The notes under the pieces: generated by a model
Told to the model about the DNA's origin: nothing
Seen by the model: only the letters and a program-made list of their open reading frames with translations
Databases searched by the model: none
Program-made: the position numbers and the translations under genes
In this document: piece by piece, positions 28,012 through 38,071 of the stretch
Layout: every line of letters starts with the position of its first letter
Position numbering within the stretch: position 1 is the first letter of the stretch
Source of the DNA: an uncultured Spirochaetota bacterium
Lineage (GTDB): Bacteria; Spirochaetota; Brevinematia; Brevinematales; JAOACQ01
Direction: 5' to 3'
Assembly: GCA_963768055.1 (NCBI GenBank)
Contig: CAVYGN010000001.1
Coordinates: 384,001 to 448,000 of the forward strand
DNA: 64,000 nt

Positions 28012-29037
28012 ATGAGGGCTATTATGCAATTAATCGATTTCAGGGGAAATAAAGCCTACCCCGACAGCTTCTGGGCAAATTCATCACCGGAATCCGAGGG
28101 ATTGGATTCGGAATATTTATTAAAAGCGCTTGAATACATAGACAAGCAGGATTATGAAATACATAGTTTCCTGGTTATCCGTCATGAAAAACTGGTTTTC
28201 GAATATTACGGCCGGGACAAACAGGCCGGCGGCATTCAGTTGACCCCGAATGACCTGCATAAAATGTGGTCGACCACTAAAACTATCACATCGGCTTTAA
28301 TTGGGATTGCAATTGATGAAGGATTCATTCCCGGCGTTAAGGCTAAGGTAATGGATTATTTCCGTGATGACGGCATCATAAATTTAACTGAAACCAAAGA
28401 GAAATTGACCATTGAAGACCTTCTGACTATGCAAAGCGGCCTGGATTATTCAGAGGATAGCGACAGCTCTCTGTTTTCAAGCACATATAATTCCAGTAAA
28501 TTTTTTCTTGACAGGCCTATGGTATCCATTCCCGGATACTTATGGAATTATAGCACAGGTAACTCGCAGATCCTGGCGGAAATCCTGCGGAAAGTTACAG
28601 CTAAAACGCTTTCGGATTACTGCTCGGAAAAGCTTTTTTTGCCGATGGGAATAGTTGATTTTAACTGGCTCTGGGATAAAAACGGGACATACTTCGGCGG
28701 CTGGGGCCTTTCCATCAAGCCGAGGGACTTGGCCCGTTTCGGCTGTCTTTACTTGAAAAAGGGACTTTGGAAAGACCGGGAACTGGTCCCTTCATCATGG
28801 GTGGAGACATCCACAAAAGCTTATGCGGCTACGCCATGGGCAGGCGGCAAATACGGCTATCACTGCTGGATACCCGATTTTGGAGGATTTGCCACCCTCG
28901 GGAAAATGGGACAGAGCATGTATATATTTCCTGATAAAGATTTAATTGCCGTTTTTACGGCTGCGCTTCCCATACAGATGGCGGATACTATTCTCAACTA
29001 TATAGTTGAGAATTATGTTCTTCAAGAATTGAATTAA
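28012..29037 (+). CDS. serine hydrolase, beta-lactamase-related (class C / nylonase-like)
   Basis: SxxK (STTK), LLTMQSGL, WNYST, PRDLARFG, YGYHCW; alternative start 28024. Confidence 0.88.
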   Translation: MRAIMQLIDFRGNKAYPDSFWANSSPESEGLDSEYLLKALEYIDKQDYEIHSFLVIRHEKLVFEYYGRDKQAGGIQLTPNDLHKMWSTTKTITSALIGIAIDEGFIPGVKAKVMDYFRDDGIINLTETKEKLTIEDLLTMQSGLDYSEDSDSSLFSSTYNSSKFFLDRPMVSIPGYLWNYSTGNSQILAEILRKVTAKTLSDYCSEKLFLPMGIVDFNWLWDKNGTYFGGWGLSIKPRDLARFGCLYLKKGLWKDRELVPSSWVETSTKAYAATPWAGGKYGYHCWIPDFGGFATLGKMGQSMYIFPDKDLIAVFTAALPIQMADTILNYIVENYVLQELN

Positions 29038-29124
29038 TATAAAACGCATTTTCCCCACGGATGTTATCGTTCATATATAGTTCTAGCATAGAAATAAGAT
29101 TATTTTTTGCTTTCCGTAAAAAGG

Positions 29125-29220
29125 CTATATTTTTATCACCAAAGCGTCCAATATTTTTCTTTGATCCTCTTCAGGCGTAGTGACGATCTTGCAGGCCGTT
29201 CCATTCATTGTAATGCTTCC
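29125..29220 (-). pseudogene. transposase C-terminal remnant, IS1634-like
   Basis: Manual translation GSITMNGTACKIVTTPEEDQRKILDALVIKI* resembles the T-P-x3-Q-x2-I-L-x2-L tail of IS1634 transposases; an end-like motif follows at 29039-29060. Confidence 0.45.
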
Positions 29221-29473
29221 CGCTTAATTATCTGGATTTTAACGAAACCGGAACACACCGGGAAGTAATGAGAAAGATAAAGAATATTGGCGATAAAAAA
29301 GGCTGGCTTTCAGCTTCTTCCGAATTACCTTCTGAGAAAGACTTGGATCTGGCGTATTATTCTCAATTTTTTACAAAATAAAATTGACTTTTATATTTTT
29401 TGTTATATTATATAATAACAATTATTACTTAATATTAATGAAAAAATCTTATTAATTAAAATGAGGAAAAATT

Positions 29474-30610
29474 ATGGGAAAAGGTAAATCGCCAAACAAT
29501 AATGATTCAAAGGGGATTTATGGCATATTGATTGCAATGGGCATAGGACTTATTATAGTTTTTCTGTCCGCTTTGAATTCCGGATGGTTATCAATCAGCA
29601 TTGGTCTCCTGGTTGCCGGTGCATCGATTATGGCAGGAGGCTTGCTGGGATTCCTGTTCGGTATTCCTCGATCGCTTCAAATCAGTGAATTAACAGGCGG
29701 GCAAGCGGATAAAACGGATAAAGGGGCATACAAAGCAAATACCAACCTCGAACAGATCTCGGACTGGCTTACTAAGATTCTCGTAGGAGTCGGACTGACA
29801 CAATTAACAAAGGTGCCTGAAAAATTGAATGATCTGGCAAAATTCCTTTCACCGGGATTCGGGGGTACGCCTCAATCGGAAATAATGGCTGTAACTATTG
29901 TGTTGTTGTTTTCTATTTCGGGTTTTTTGTTCGGTTACCTTTATACAAGATTGTTTGTTGGAGAACAGCTTAGAAAAGCTGACGATGCGGCTTTAGGAGA
30001 AATGATAAATGATGAAATTGGAAAACAGATGTCCCAGGATGCAAGAGCGCTGACGCTTGTTCAGCAGCACCTTAACCCGCGTAACGACACTCGGGCAGTA
30101 TCGTATGAAGAGTTAAGTGATGCTATCGCTAAGGCTTCTCCCGAAGAAAAAACAACAATATTCTATCAGGCAATGGAAATAAGAAACCAGAACTGGCAAA
30201 ACAATAAAGAGAAAATGGAGCGGACCATTCCGGTTTTCCAGGCCCTCGTTGATAGCGATAAGGAGAATTTATATCATAAAAATCATGGTCAATTAGGTTT
30301 CGCATTAAAGGACAAGAAAAAACCTGATTGGGAGGATGCAGAAAAGGAATTAAACACTGCTATTCGGATCCGCGGGGATTCGAAGACTCATGGCTGGCTG
30401 TATTATGAGTTCAATCGTGCAATCTGCCGAATCAACCTTGAATTACTAAAAGGAACAACTGGTCTTTCGCCCTATCATGATCAAATAATAGCTGATCTTA
30501 AGGAAGTCTATAGCAAAAGTGAACTTCAAAAATTGATTGAGGAAGACCAGACCATAATGGCATGGATGAATAGAAATAATGTGAAATTAGATGATCTTAA
30601 TTCCAACTAG
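29474..30610 (+). CDS. uncharacterised protein: N-terminal TM domain plus C-terminal TPR-like helices
   Basis: GLLGFLFGIPR, NTNLEQISDWLTKILVGVGL, FLFGYLYTRLF; then HGQLGFALKD...AIRIR...YEFNRAICRI. Confidence 0.7.
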   Translation: MGKGKSPNNNDSKGIYGILIAMGIGLIIVFLSALNSGWLSISIGLLVAGASIMAGGLLGFLFGIPRSLQISELTGGQADKTDKGAYKANTNLEQISDWLTKILVGVGLTQLTKVPEKLNDLAKFLSPGFGGTPQSEIMAVTIVLLFSISGFLFGYLYTRLFVGEQLRKADDAALGEMINDEIGKQMSQDARALTLVQQHLNPRNDTRAVSYEELSDAIAKASPEEKTTIFYQAMEIRNQNWQNNKEKMERTIPVFQALVDSDKENLYHKNHGQLGFALKDKKKPDWEDAEKELNTAIRIRGDSKTHGWLYYEFNRAICRINLELLKGTTGLSPYHDQIIADLKEVYSKSELQKLIEEDQTIMAWMNRNNVKLDDLNSN

Positions 30611-30794
30611 ATGATCATAATGATAGCAGTAAGTCCTTTGTTACAAATGATATTTATATTATATTAGCTTCAAAAAATTAAAGTGAGGGTCAACATCGTC
30701 TGGATTTCATCGAAAATTCTTGAAATCCACTAGCAATTTTTTTGAATAGTTCTTCTTTTTCGAGGAAAGAATGTGGTGAAGCTAATTCGATATA

Positions 30795-32408
30795 TTATAA
30801 CAGATTGGAGCCACTTTTGATACTATTGCTTTGGGAATTTAGATTATTGGTAATTTCTGTTTCGAGTTTTTCATTGTGGTCTTTCGGCAGTCCAAGTTGA
30901 ACTAGAAGATCACTACTGTAAAATGCTTGATTCCAATTCTCAGCGCTCTTGATCATTTTGATTAGAAGAGGATTAACTTTTATTCCTTTGAGATCTGCAT
31001 ATTTGAGATCGGCTCCATCGAGGTGAGCCCCCTCGATGTCGGCTCCAGAAAAAACAGCATATTCGAGGATAGCTCCATTGAAATCCGCATATTTGAGATC
31101 GGCTCCATCGAGGTGAGCCCCATCGAAGTCAGCCGCAGAAAAAACAGCATATTCGAGTATGGCTTCATTAAAAAATGCCTTTTTAAAGTTGGCGCTTTTA
31201 AAGTTTACCTTCATAAATTCGGCATGTTCAAGTCTAGCTTCTTGAAGATCGGCGCCCTCAAAGTCAGCGTGGATAAAATTTGTGTCCGAGAAATACGAGC
31301 CTTCGTTACCCCTAGGAAGAATAGAAGCATATTTGAGGTCAGCTCCTTGAAGAATGGCCTTCTTAAAGTTGGCGCCATAAAAACGTGCATATTCGAGATT
31401 AGCTCCTTGAAGATTGCCTTCCCTGAAGTCGGTCATCTCTAAATCTATCAATCGCAGGTTGTTTCCCTGGAATTGGGCACCTTTTAAGCTGGCCCCCTTG
31501 AAATGGGCTTTATCAAGGATAGCTCCCTGGAAATTGGCGTTATTCAGGTTAGCTCCATTGAAAATAGTCCCCGTAAGATGTGCTTTTTGAAGATTCACGG
31601 AATGCATGAATGCGGAATGCAGATCCATAAACGCTAGCCATGATTCTTTGAGATCTTCCTGGTGAAGATCTAATGTCCGACGAAAAGATTCCGGGTTAAA
31701 AGGTAAATATGTCATTATGATGACGAGCAGACATAGGGTCATCCAACGAGGTTTATTCCATTCACGGCGTTGATTCTCAGAGCAACGACGTATTTGCAAG
31801 AAAATAAGAGAGAATGTGATTAAACATGCAACATAGATCAGAGGATATCCTAATTCAGGGCGAGCCGAAGCCTTCCAGGCTATTATCCACAAAGCTATCG
31901 ATACCATCCAATAGAAAATAAAGGATGAAAGGATACGCGGCATAGTATTTGTAATATTGAAAATGGTTGTCATGCTCTCTATAGGAGGGGCGTTTGTCTT
32001 GGCTTTATTTTGATTAATTTGCCTGAGCTCATTTTCAAGCTGCAACCAGAAACCAAAGAAGATGTGAAGGTAGACTGTTATTATAATAAGAAGCATGGGA
32101 CCGACGATCAAAAAACCCAGAAACGAGATTGATGAGTCCACAAAAGGTATCTTAATCGAACCATTAGGTGCAAGAAGCAATTTATCGGATGCGCCAAGGG
32201 CGGTCAGCAAATTGAAGAGCACAACACCTAGAAGGGTTAGCATCGTTTTATTTGTCGTTTCCGAACAATTCTGATGTAATTTTAGAACCATATCATTGTG
32301 ATGCAGCGGGTTATGAGACAGTGGGTACCACCAGCAACGTGGAACCTTATTTCTATCAGAGAGGTTTGCCAGGAACGTTTTTAGAATAGAATTCGACTTT
32401 CCGATCAT
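30795..32408 (-). CDS. membrane protein with a C-terminal pentapeptide-repeat domain
   Basis: About five TM segments, then A(D/N)LxG repeats; recent 90-bp tandem duplication at about 30995-31170. Confidence 0.88.
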   Translation of the reverse strand: MIGKSNSILKTFLANLSDRNKVPRCWWYPLSHNPLHHNDMVLKLHQNCSETTNKTMLTLLGVVLFNLLTALGASDKLLLAPNGSIKIPFVDSSISFLGFLIVGPMLLIIITVYLHIFFGFWLQLENELRQINQNKAKTNAPPIESMTTIFNITNTMPRILSSFIFYWMVSIALWIIAWKASARPELGYPLIYVACLITFSLIFLQIRRCSENQRREWNKPRWMTLCLLVIIMTYLPFNPESFRRTLDLHQEDLKESWLAFMDLHSAFMHSVNLQKAHLTGTIFNGANLNNANFQGAILDKAHFKGASLKGAQFQGNNLRLIDLEMTDFREGNLQGANLEYARFYGANFKKAILQGADLKYASILPRGNEGSYFSDTNFIHADFEGADLQEARLEHAEFMKVNFKSANFKKAFFNEAILEYAVFSAADFDGAHLDGADLKYADFNGAILEYAVFSGADIEGAHLDGADLKYADLKGIKVNPLLIKMIKSAENWNQAFYSSDLLVQLGLPKDHNEKLETEITNNLNSQSNSIKSGSNLL

Positions 32409-32496
32409 AATTGTGTCCTCCCCAGAGAGATTTATTAAAAAAAAGGAACAAAGATCCTTCTTCGCTTTTAAAAATGATGCTTTTCACATAGCAGTA

Positions 32497-32900
32497 ATAA
32501 GCCGAGATTACCCAAATGACTAATTATTTTTTCCACTTTCAAAGATCTTTTATACCCATATTGATTATATCATGACAAAAAAATGGTGTCAAACCATTTT
32601 TGGACAGTCGGCTCATTAAAAACCTACTTGATTCTCTCTACGCTTTTAGGGCATTATTCCTTCCCTATCCAATTATTTTATCAGATTATCTAAATCTAAA
32701 AAATAAGGAAGAAGTAGAATTATATCTTGGCTTTAGATTGAATGGTGATCTTGATACAATAATATACAAAACAGACAGTTTCATTGAAGAGGATAAATTA
32801 TCATTGACGGCTAATAACAGAGGGTTTATAATGATACCAATGCGGATTTGGAGGCATTTTTTCGGAAGAACAAGGCGTCAAATGGGAAATATTGGATAAA
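32497..32900. mobile_element. 404-bp segment bounded by two outward-facing IS1380-like end motifs (e, f), each with an outward promoter
   Basis: Minus: TTGACA(32592-87)-N17-TATAAT(32569-64), then CATTTGGGTAATCTCGGCTTAT(32518-497). Plus: TTGACG(32804-09)-N17-TATAAT(32827-32), then CAAATGGGAAATATTGGATAAA(32879-900). Confidence 0.6.
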
Positions 32901-35235
32901 ATATATTACGAACCGTTGGAGGTTAAAAATCAAAATCATATACGGCGTTATCATCATATCCGTCTTCTGCTTAAATGCCTATGCGGTTGACTATGACCGC
33001 AGTATAAATTCCTTCAGGCTGAAACCCGTTAAAAATGAGATCCTGCAGAATCAAAAATACGTCGATGAGATGACAAAAAATGTCACGGGAGAAATGAATT
33101 TCGAGGGTGCGGTTCCTTCAAGACTGGAATTATGGGGGAACAATGCATTTCCGCTGCTTCAGGATAAGGACGGCGGAGTCATTGCAGCGGGCATTTGTTC
33201 GAATTCGCGGGCCGTTGTGCTCGGGCATGACTGCTTCCTCAGCGAAAAATGTATTGAGCAGCCCCCGGTAAAGGCCTTTTTGATGAATTCCGTAAACTGG
33301 CTCCTGGACAGGAAAAAAAATGCTAGGGTATTGCTGTTTAACGCATCCGATCTCGTCAAAATGCTTGAGGAAACCGGCAGTAAATGCGACGCCGTGTCTA
33401 AATTCCCGGATAATCTGGACGGCTATGATCTTGTAATAATAAGGCTTCCGTATAGTCTGGATCAGAATTTTACTGAAGACTCTGAAAAAATATTAAGCGG
33501 GTATTATAACGGCGGGGGGCCGGTTCTCTGCGCAGGCGAGGGCTGGGTTTACTGTTCTTACGGGGACGGCAAAAACGGAAAAAGCCTTGAAAATGACTGG
33601 ATAGCCAATAAACTGTTCGTTCCCCGGGGTTTATTTATAAGCCCGATTTACGGCGGATCGATGGTCAAAAAAGTATCGAGGAATATCGGTGAATGGAATC
33701 ATTTTTTAGTTAATTTGTCACAGTTCATCGAGATTTTAAACGGGGAGAAATTTCTGGACAGGCAGAGACTGATTGATTTCGCCGCGAACTTCTATGAAAG
33801 CTCCCTCCTGCGAAAAGACTGGAGGGAAGTCCTGGGAAGCGATAACTTCGAAATATTAAAAGACTTTCTTATAACCAATCTCCCTTCAATAAGCCCTGAT
33901 GAAAATGCCCCGATATCCCCCGCGAATCCGAAAAAATATCTGATGGTTTTACTATACGATCTGTTATACAGAAGCGATTATGAAGATTTCAGCCCGCTGA
34001 GAGAGGTATTTTATAAATTTCCCGGTTTAAACGTCCATGATTTCGAAACTGGCAGAACGAACAGGTTCGAGGCAAAAGTGAATCCGAACATTCCAAGATG
34101 GCATAATCTCGGGGTCTGGGCCAGGCCAGGCGAGAATCTTGAAATAAAAATCCCGGAAAATCTGGTTAAGCGGGGCATCTGCCTGCAGATAGGCTCCCAT
34201 ACCGATTCATTATTATGGGCTCCCGGAGACGGGTGGATGAGATGGCCGGTTATCTCCCAGAGAATAAGCATTACAGGTGAAATCACTGAAGTCAGATCAT
34301 TGTACGGGGGAATCGTTTACCTCGATCTGCCTGACAGAGCGGATACAAATGAAACTCTGAAAACTGAAACTGTCAGAGTAAAGGGAGGAGTGTATTCTCC
34401 TCAGTACACCCTGGGCGACGATCCCGAAAGTTGGAAGCTGAATTTGAAAGAGGCAAAGAGCCCATGGGTTGAGTTCGCCTCGAAAGGAATGGTAATAACA
34501 TCGCCAAAGGACAACGCATTAAAGGTGGATGATCCCGGGAGGCTGATGGCATTCTGGGAAAAAGTTGCAGAAGCTTATCCTGAACTGCTGGGTAAAAAAA
34601 TAAAAAATTATGCGGACAGGTATGTCAGCGACAGGCAGATTTCAGCAGGCTACATGCACGCGGGATATCCCGTAATGACGTATATGGATGTCTGCGATTA
34701 CGTTCTGGGCAATGAATGCGACGCGGCGGGGCTCAAGGATTATAATTTATTTACAAACGGATCTTGGGGACATTTTCATGAGGTCGGGCATAATCATCAG
34801 GGGCTGGAAACTTTCAGCCAGGCAATCGAAGTAACGGTAAATATCTTCACTCTTTATGTAATGGATAAGGTCGTAGGAATAAGGCCGGGAGACGATCCGT
34901 ATTTGCGATCCTATCCTCCGAAAGTCAGGAAATATCTCGCAAATCCGGATTTCAGCAGGTGGAGTGAAGACCCTTTTGTCGCCCTTTTTACCTATATATA
35001 TACGATAAGGGAATTCGGGTGGGAAGCGATAACAAAAACATTTTTAAGCTATGACAGGCTCTCCAAAAAGCCTTCAACCGATAATGAAAAAATAGACACA
35101 TGGGTCGTTCTTTACTCCAGGGCCGTGGGGAAAAATTTAACCTCATATTACAGGGCCTGGGGATGGCCCGTCAGTGAAAATGCGGAAAAGGAGATTTCGG
35201 ACCTTCCCATGTGGCATTGGAAAGCCGATTTGTGA
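32848..35235 (+). CDS. M60-family (enhancin-like) metallopeptidase, secreted
   Basis: LGVWARPGE, LQIGSHTD, YGGIVY, SPWVEF, ISAGYMHAGYP, WGHFHEVGHNHQ...EVTVNIF. Start is uncertain: an SD-preceded ATC at 32929 begins a signal peptide. Confidence 0.9.
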   Translation: MEAFFRKNKASNGKYWIKYITNRWRLKIKIIYGVIIISVFCLNAYAVDYDRSINSFRLKPVKNEILQNQKYVDEMTKNVTGEMNFEGAVPSRLELWGNNAFPLLQDKDGGVIAAGICSNSRAVVLGHDCFLSEKCIEQPPVKAFLMNSVNWLLDRKKNARVLLFNASDLVKMLEETGSKCDAVSKFPDNLDGYDLVIIRLPYSLDQNFTEDSEKILSGYYNGGGPVLCAGEGWVYCSYGDGKNGKSLENDWIANKLFVPRGLFISPIYGGSMVKKVSRNIGEWNHFLVNLSQFIEILNGEKFLDRQRLIDFAANFYESSLLRKDWREVLGSDNFEILKDFLITNLPSISPDENAPISPANPKKYLMVLLYDLLYRSDYEDFSPLREVFYKFPGLNVHDFETGRTNRFEAKVNPNIPRWHNLGVWARPGENLEIKIPENLVKRGICLQIGSHTDSLLWAPGDGWMRWPVISQRISITGEITEVRSLYGGIVYLDLPDRADTNETLKTETVRVKGGVYSPQYTLGDDPESWKLNLKEAKSPWVEFASKGMVITSPKDNALKVDDPGRLMAFWEKVAEAYPELLGKKIKNYADRYVSDRQISAGYMHAGYPVMTYMDVCDYVLGNECDAAGLKDYNLFTNGSWGHFHEVGHNHQGLETFSQAIEVTVNIFTLYVMDKVVGIRPGDDPYLRSYPPKVRKYLANPDFSRWSEDPFVALFTYIYTIREFGWEAITKTFLSYDRLSKKPSTDNEKIDTWVVLYSRAVGKNLTSYYRAWGWPVSENAEKEISDLPMWHWKADL

Positions 35236-35250
35236 CTTCTGCAAGGATCG

Positions 35251-36087
35251 ATGATGGAGGATGAAATGCCGGATAAGATCGCCGCTCTGCTCGGGCCTGT
35301 CCAGGAAACCCTGCTTCTCCCCTTATGGGGACGGGCTGTAGAATCGCGTAAGAAAAATGGAAAACTTTTCGACAAAACCGCCCTCGAAGTCATCGAAAGG
35401 ATCGATTACGACTTTTCTGCGATCGCCGGGAATATAACTTTTTACAGTCTTTATGGCTGGATAGCCCGCAGCCTGCATATAGATCAGACGATAAAGAAAT
35501 TCGCCGGCGGCAGGAAAAATCCCGTTATTGTCAATATAGGCTGCGGCCTGGACACGACATTTAACCGCGTCGATGACGGAAAAATGACCTGGTATAATCT
35601 CGATCTTCCGGATGTAATAAACCTCCGGTCGAAATTCATTTCAGAAAATGAAAGGAGCGCCTCCATCGGCTGCTCGTTTCTTGATTACCGGTGGATGGAA
35701 AAATTAAACAACATGGAAAAGCCTCTCTTTATTGCTGCCGGCTTGCTTTATTATTTCGATGAAGAAGAGGTAAGGGATTTCTTTTTAAAAATAGCGGAAA
35801 AATTCCCGGGCAGTGAAATGATTTTAGACATATCTTCCCCTTTTGGCGTAATATTAGCGAATAAATTTGTTCTTGAAAGCACCGGCATGAATAAAAGCGC
35901 GGTTATGAAATGGGGCGTTAAAAACGCTAAAATCCTCGAAGGCTGGGATAAAAGAATAAAAATCCTGGAACAATATCCGATTTTTATAGGCATGAAAACA
36001 GGTCTTCCGATCGGCCAAAAAATAATGCTTTTCATCGGGGATTATTTTTTTAATGCCTGTTCGATGGTTCACCTTAAATTCGTTTAG
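35251..36087 (+). CDS. class I SAM-dependent methyltransferase (LCM/TcmP-like)
   Basis: VQETLLLPLWGRA, VNIGCGLDT, WYNLDLPDVI; likely start 35266 after GGAGG. Confidence 0.88.
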   Translation: MMEDEMPDKIAALLGPVQETLLLPLWGRAVESRKKNGKLFDKTALEVIERIDYDFSAIAGNITFYSLYGWIARSLHIDQTIKKFAGGRKNPVIVNIGCGLDTTFNRVDDGKMTWYNLDLPDVINLRSKFISENERSASIGCSFLDYRWMEKLNNMEKPLFIAAGLLYYFDEEEVRDFFLKIAEKFPGSEMILDISSPFGVILANKFVLESTGMNKSAVMKWGVKNAKILEGWDKRIKILEQYPIFIGMKTGLPIGQKIMLFIGDYFFNACSMVHLKFV

Positions 36088-36134
36088 TAATCAATAAAAG
36101 CACTAAAGGTTTATCACTATTCCAATTCAGGCTT

Positions 36135-36356
36135 ATGAAAGATGGAATTTTGATCGGCACTACCGCCTATGATGTCACTGACGAAACCCGTGTTGAAACA
36201 GCAATCGGAGGCAGGGGAAAAAGACGCCTGCACATTCAAATCTTGTATCCTGCCAGATCAACCAACAATTGTATCCAGGCAACTAACAGAAGCATATCAT
36301 TAACTGCAGCTTTAGAAAAAAATTGGGCTCAATACGGAGCAATGCGAGGTTTTTAG
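36135..36356 (+). pseudogene. N-terminal fragment of an alpha/beta hydrolase (PAF-acetylhydrolase-like)
   Basis: IGTTAYDVTDETRVE...RRLHIQILYPA resembles the N-terminus of that family; the ORF stops at 73 aa. Confidence 0.5.
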
Positions 36357-36503
36357 GAAAACCTGAAGCTATTAATGCCCGAATATATTAATGGGCTTTA
36401 GAAACTTGATGGCTTCCCGTTTGTTTTAAAAAGTCTGAGTGTTATAATACAAAAGCTAAACAAATATTGAAATAAATATTAAATGGTATCTTATCGGGTA
36501 TAT

Positions 36504-38051
36504 TTATTCGAAATGCTTGAAAGGATAACTTTTCCATGCTTCCCTTAATGGTTTATGCAACCCCCTGCAAAGAAAAATCTCTGAGTTTTTTTCATCCGGC
36601 ATCGCATATTTAGCCCCGATTTTCCCTTCGATTTCCACCTCGGTAAAATAATCGGGCAGGATTTTGTCAGCATAGTCGGGGGCTATAAAAAGCATCACAT
36701 CGCCGGTATTATTGCCCGGCCCCCAGAAATACCAGATATTATGTCCGCAGACAGGCTCGGGCAAGCCGTATTTCGGACCGTAATAATGGAGGGCGCCGGC
36801 TTCTCCATAATTTGCAGTCATAATACATACCTTCTTTTTATCGGAATCGCTCAATTTTTGATAGACTCCGGCGACAGCTTCCGTCATTTCCTCCCACCCG
36901 AAACAGTCGGCGAAAACCTGCGGAAGGGATCCGGAGCCATACTTTTCATCCGAGTCAAACTTTTTCCCGCCTGAATATTTAATAAAGGCTTCCGGCGAAA
37001 GTACGGGCCGGTTGTTTGGTATGGATATTACAGCGCGTATTGAGATGATTAAAGTGACGAGCGCGGTGATGGCTGCGGCCGCTCTTTTAAGCCAGATTAT
37101 TTTAATTTTTTCGATAAGCCGGGTTATGAAAACCGCTCCCCCGGCAAAAAGGACGGTATAATACGGGTAAATAAGGTAAGACTTTGCCTGCTGCAGACTA
37201 AAAATCGCCCAGAGGATAAAAAAAGAAAGCCCGAAAACCCTGTATTTTTTGCCTTCGTTGTTGAACAGGAAAAATATTATTCCCGATATCCAAACAGGAA
37301 AAGCATATTGGTTAAGATATTGAAGCGGGGATGAAAATCTGAGTTTGGCCGCATAACCTTTAAAATACTCGATAATGGGGAAATTGTAATAAGCCTGCCA
37401 GAGAATGAAGGGAAGGAAAATAGACGCTGCGATCAAACCGCCGAGCAGAAAACGCCTGTCAAAAAGAAATTTCCTGTCTTTAAGGGCCAGGAACGACAGG
37501 AATAACGCAAAACCCAGGTAAAGCATAGTGACCTTGGACATCAGACCGAGACCGGCAAAAAGCCCGAAATACAGCCAGTATTTTTTATCCCCCGATACAA
37601 GCAGAAGCAAAATCATATACAGGGAAAGCGTCCAGAAGATCCTGTCGAACGCATTATAATCAAAATTGCTATATATAAAGTAAGGGGCCAGGGTTACGCA
37701 GACGAGGCAGATTAACGTGGCGTAAATGCTCCCTCCCATTTTTTTTACCATCAAAGCCGAAACAATAATAACACCGGAACTGAGCAATGCCGGTACCAGG
37801 TGCAGGGAAAAGTAAGAAGTCCCCAATAAAGCCCGGACTCCCGCCAGGATCAAAGGAGCGATAGGCGGCACTTCGAGATAAGCCCAGCCTAGGCGGTCGG
37901 AAAGGGATATATACAGAAGTTCATCACGGAAAATACCGTAATGGTAAGGATAGAGACAGATAATCAGATTAATGATAATAAAAAATGAAATAACCGCTGT
38001 TTCCCAGAGTAATATTTTCTTCTTTAATAACCAGGATATAAAATCCTCCAT
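36504..38051 (-). CDS. GT39/ArnT-like (PMT_2) membrane glycosyltransferase
   Basis: YGIFRDELLY, EVPP, GLGLMSK, FADCFGWEE, NYGEAGAL; many TM segments. Confidence 0.85.
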   Translation of the reverse strand: MEDFISWLLKKKILLWETAVISFFIIINLIICLYPYHYGIFRDELLYISLSDRLGWAYLEVPPIAPLILAGVRALLGTSYFSLHLVPALLSSGVIIVSALMVKKMGGSIYATLICLVCVTLAPYFIYSNFDYNAFDRIFWTLSLYMILLLLVSGDKKYWLYFGLFAGLGLMSKVTMLYLGFALFLSFLALKDRKFLFDRRFLLGGLIAASIFLPFILWQAYYNFPIIEYFKGYAAKLRFSSPLQYLNQYAFPVWISGIIFFLFNNEGKKYRVFGLSFFILWAIFSLQQAKSYLIYPYYTVLFAGGAVFITRLIEKIKIIWLKRAAAAITALVTLIISIRAVISIPNNRPVLSPEAFIKYSGGKKFDSDEKYGSGSLPQVFADCFGWEEMTEAVAGVYQKLSDSDKKKVCIMTANYGEAGALHYYGPKYGLPEPVCGHNIWYFWGPGNNTGDVMLFIAPDYADKILPDYFTEVEIEGKIGAKYAMPDEKNSEIFLCRGLHKPLREAWKSYPFKHFE

Positions 38052-38071
38052 GCTTTTAACATTTGTTTCAC

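Noticed and set aside
32600..32899. 99-aa ORF inside the bidirectional segment
   Set aside because: TTG start, no recognisable motif, and it runs across the promoter and end motif.
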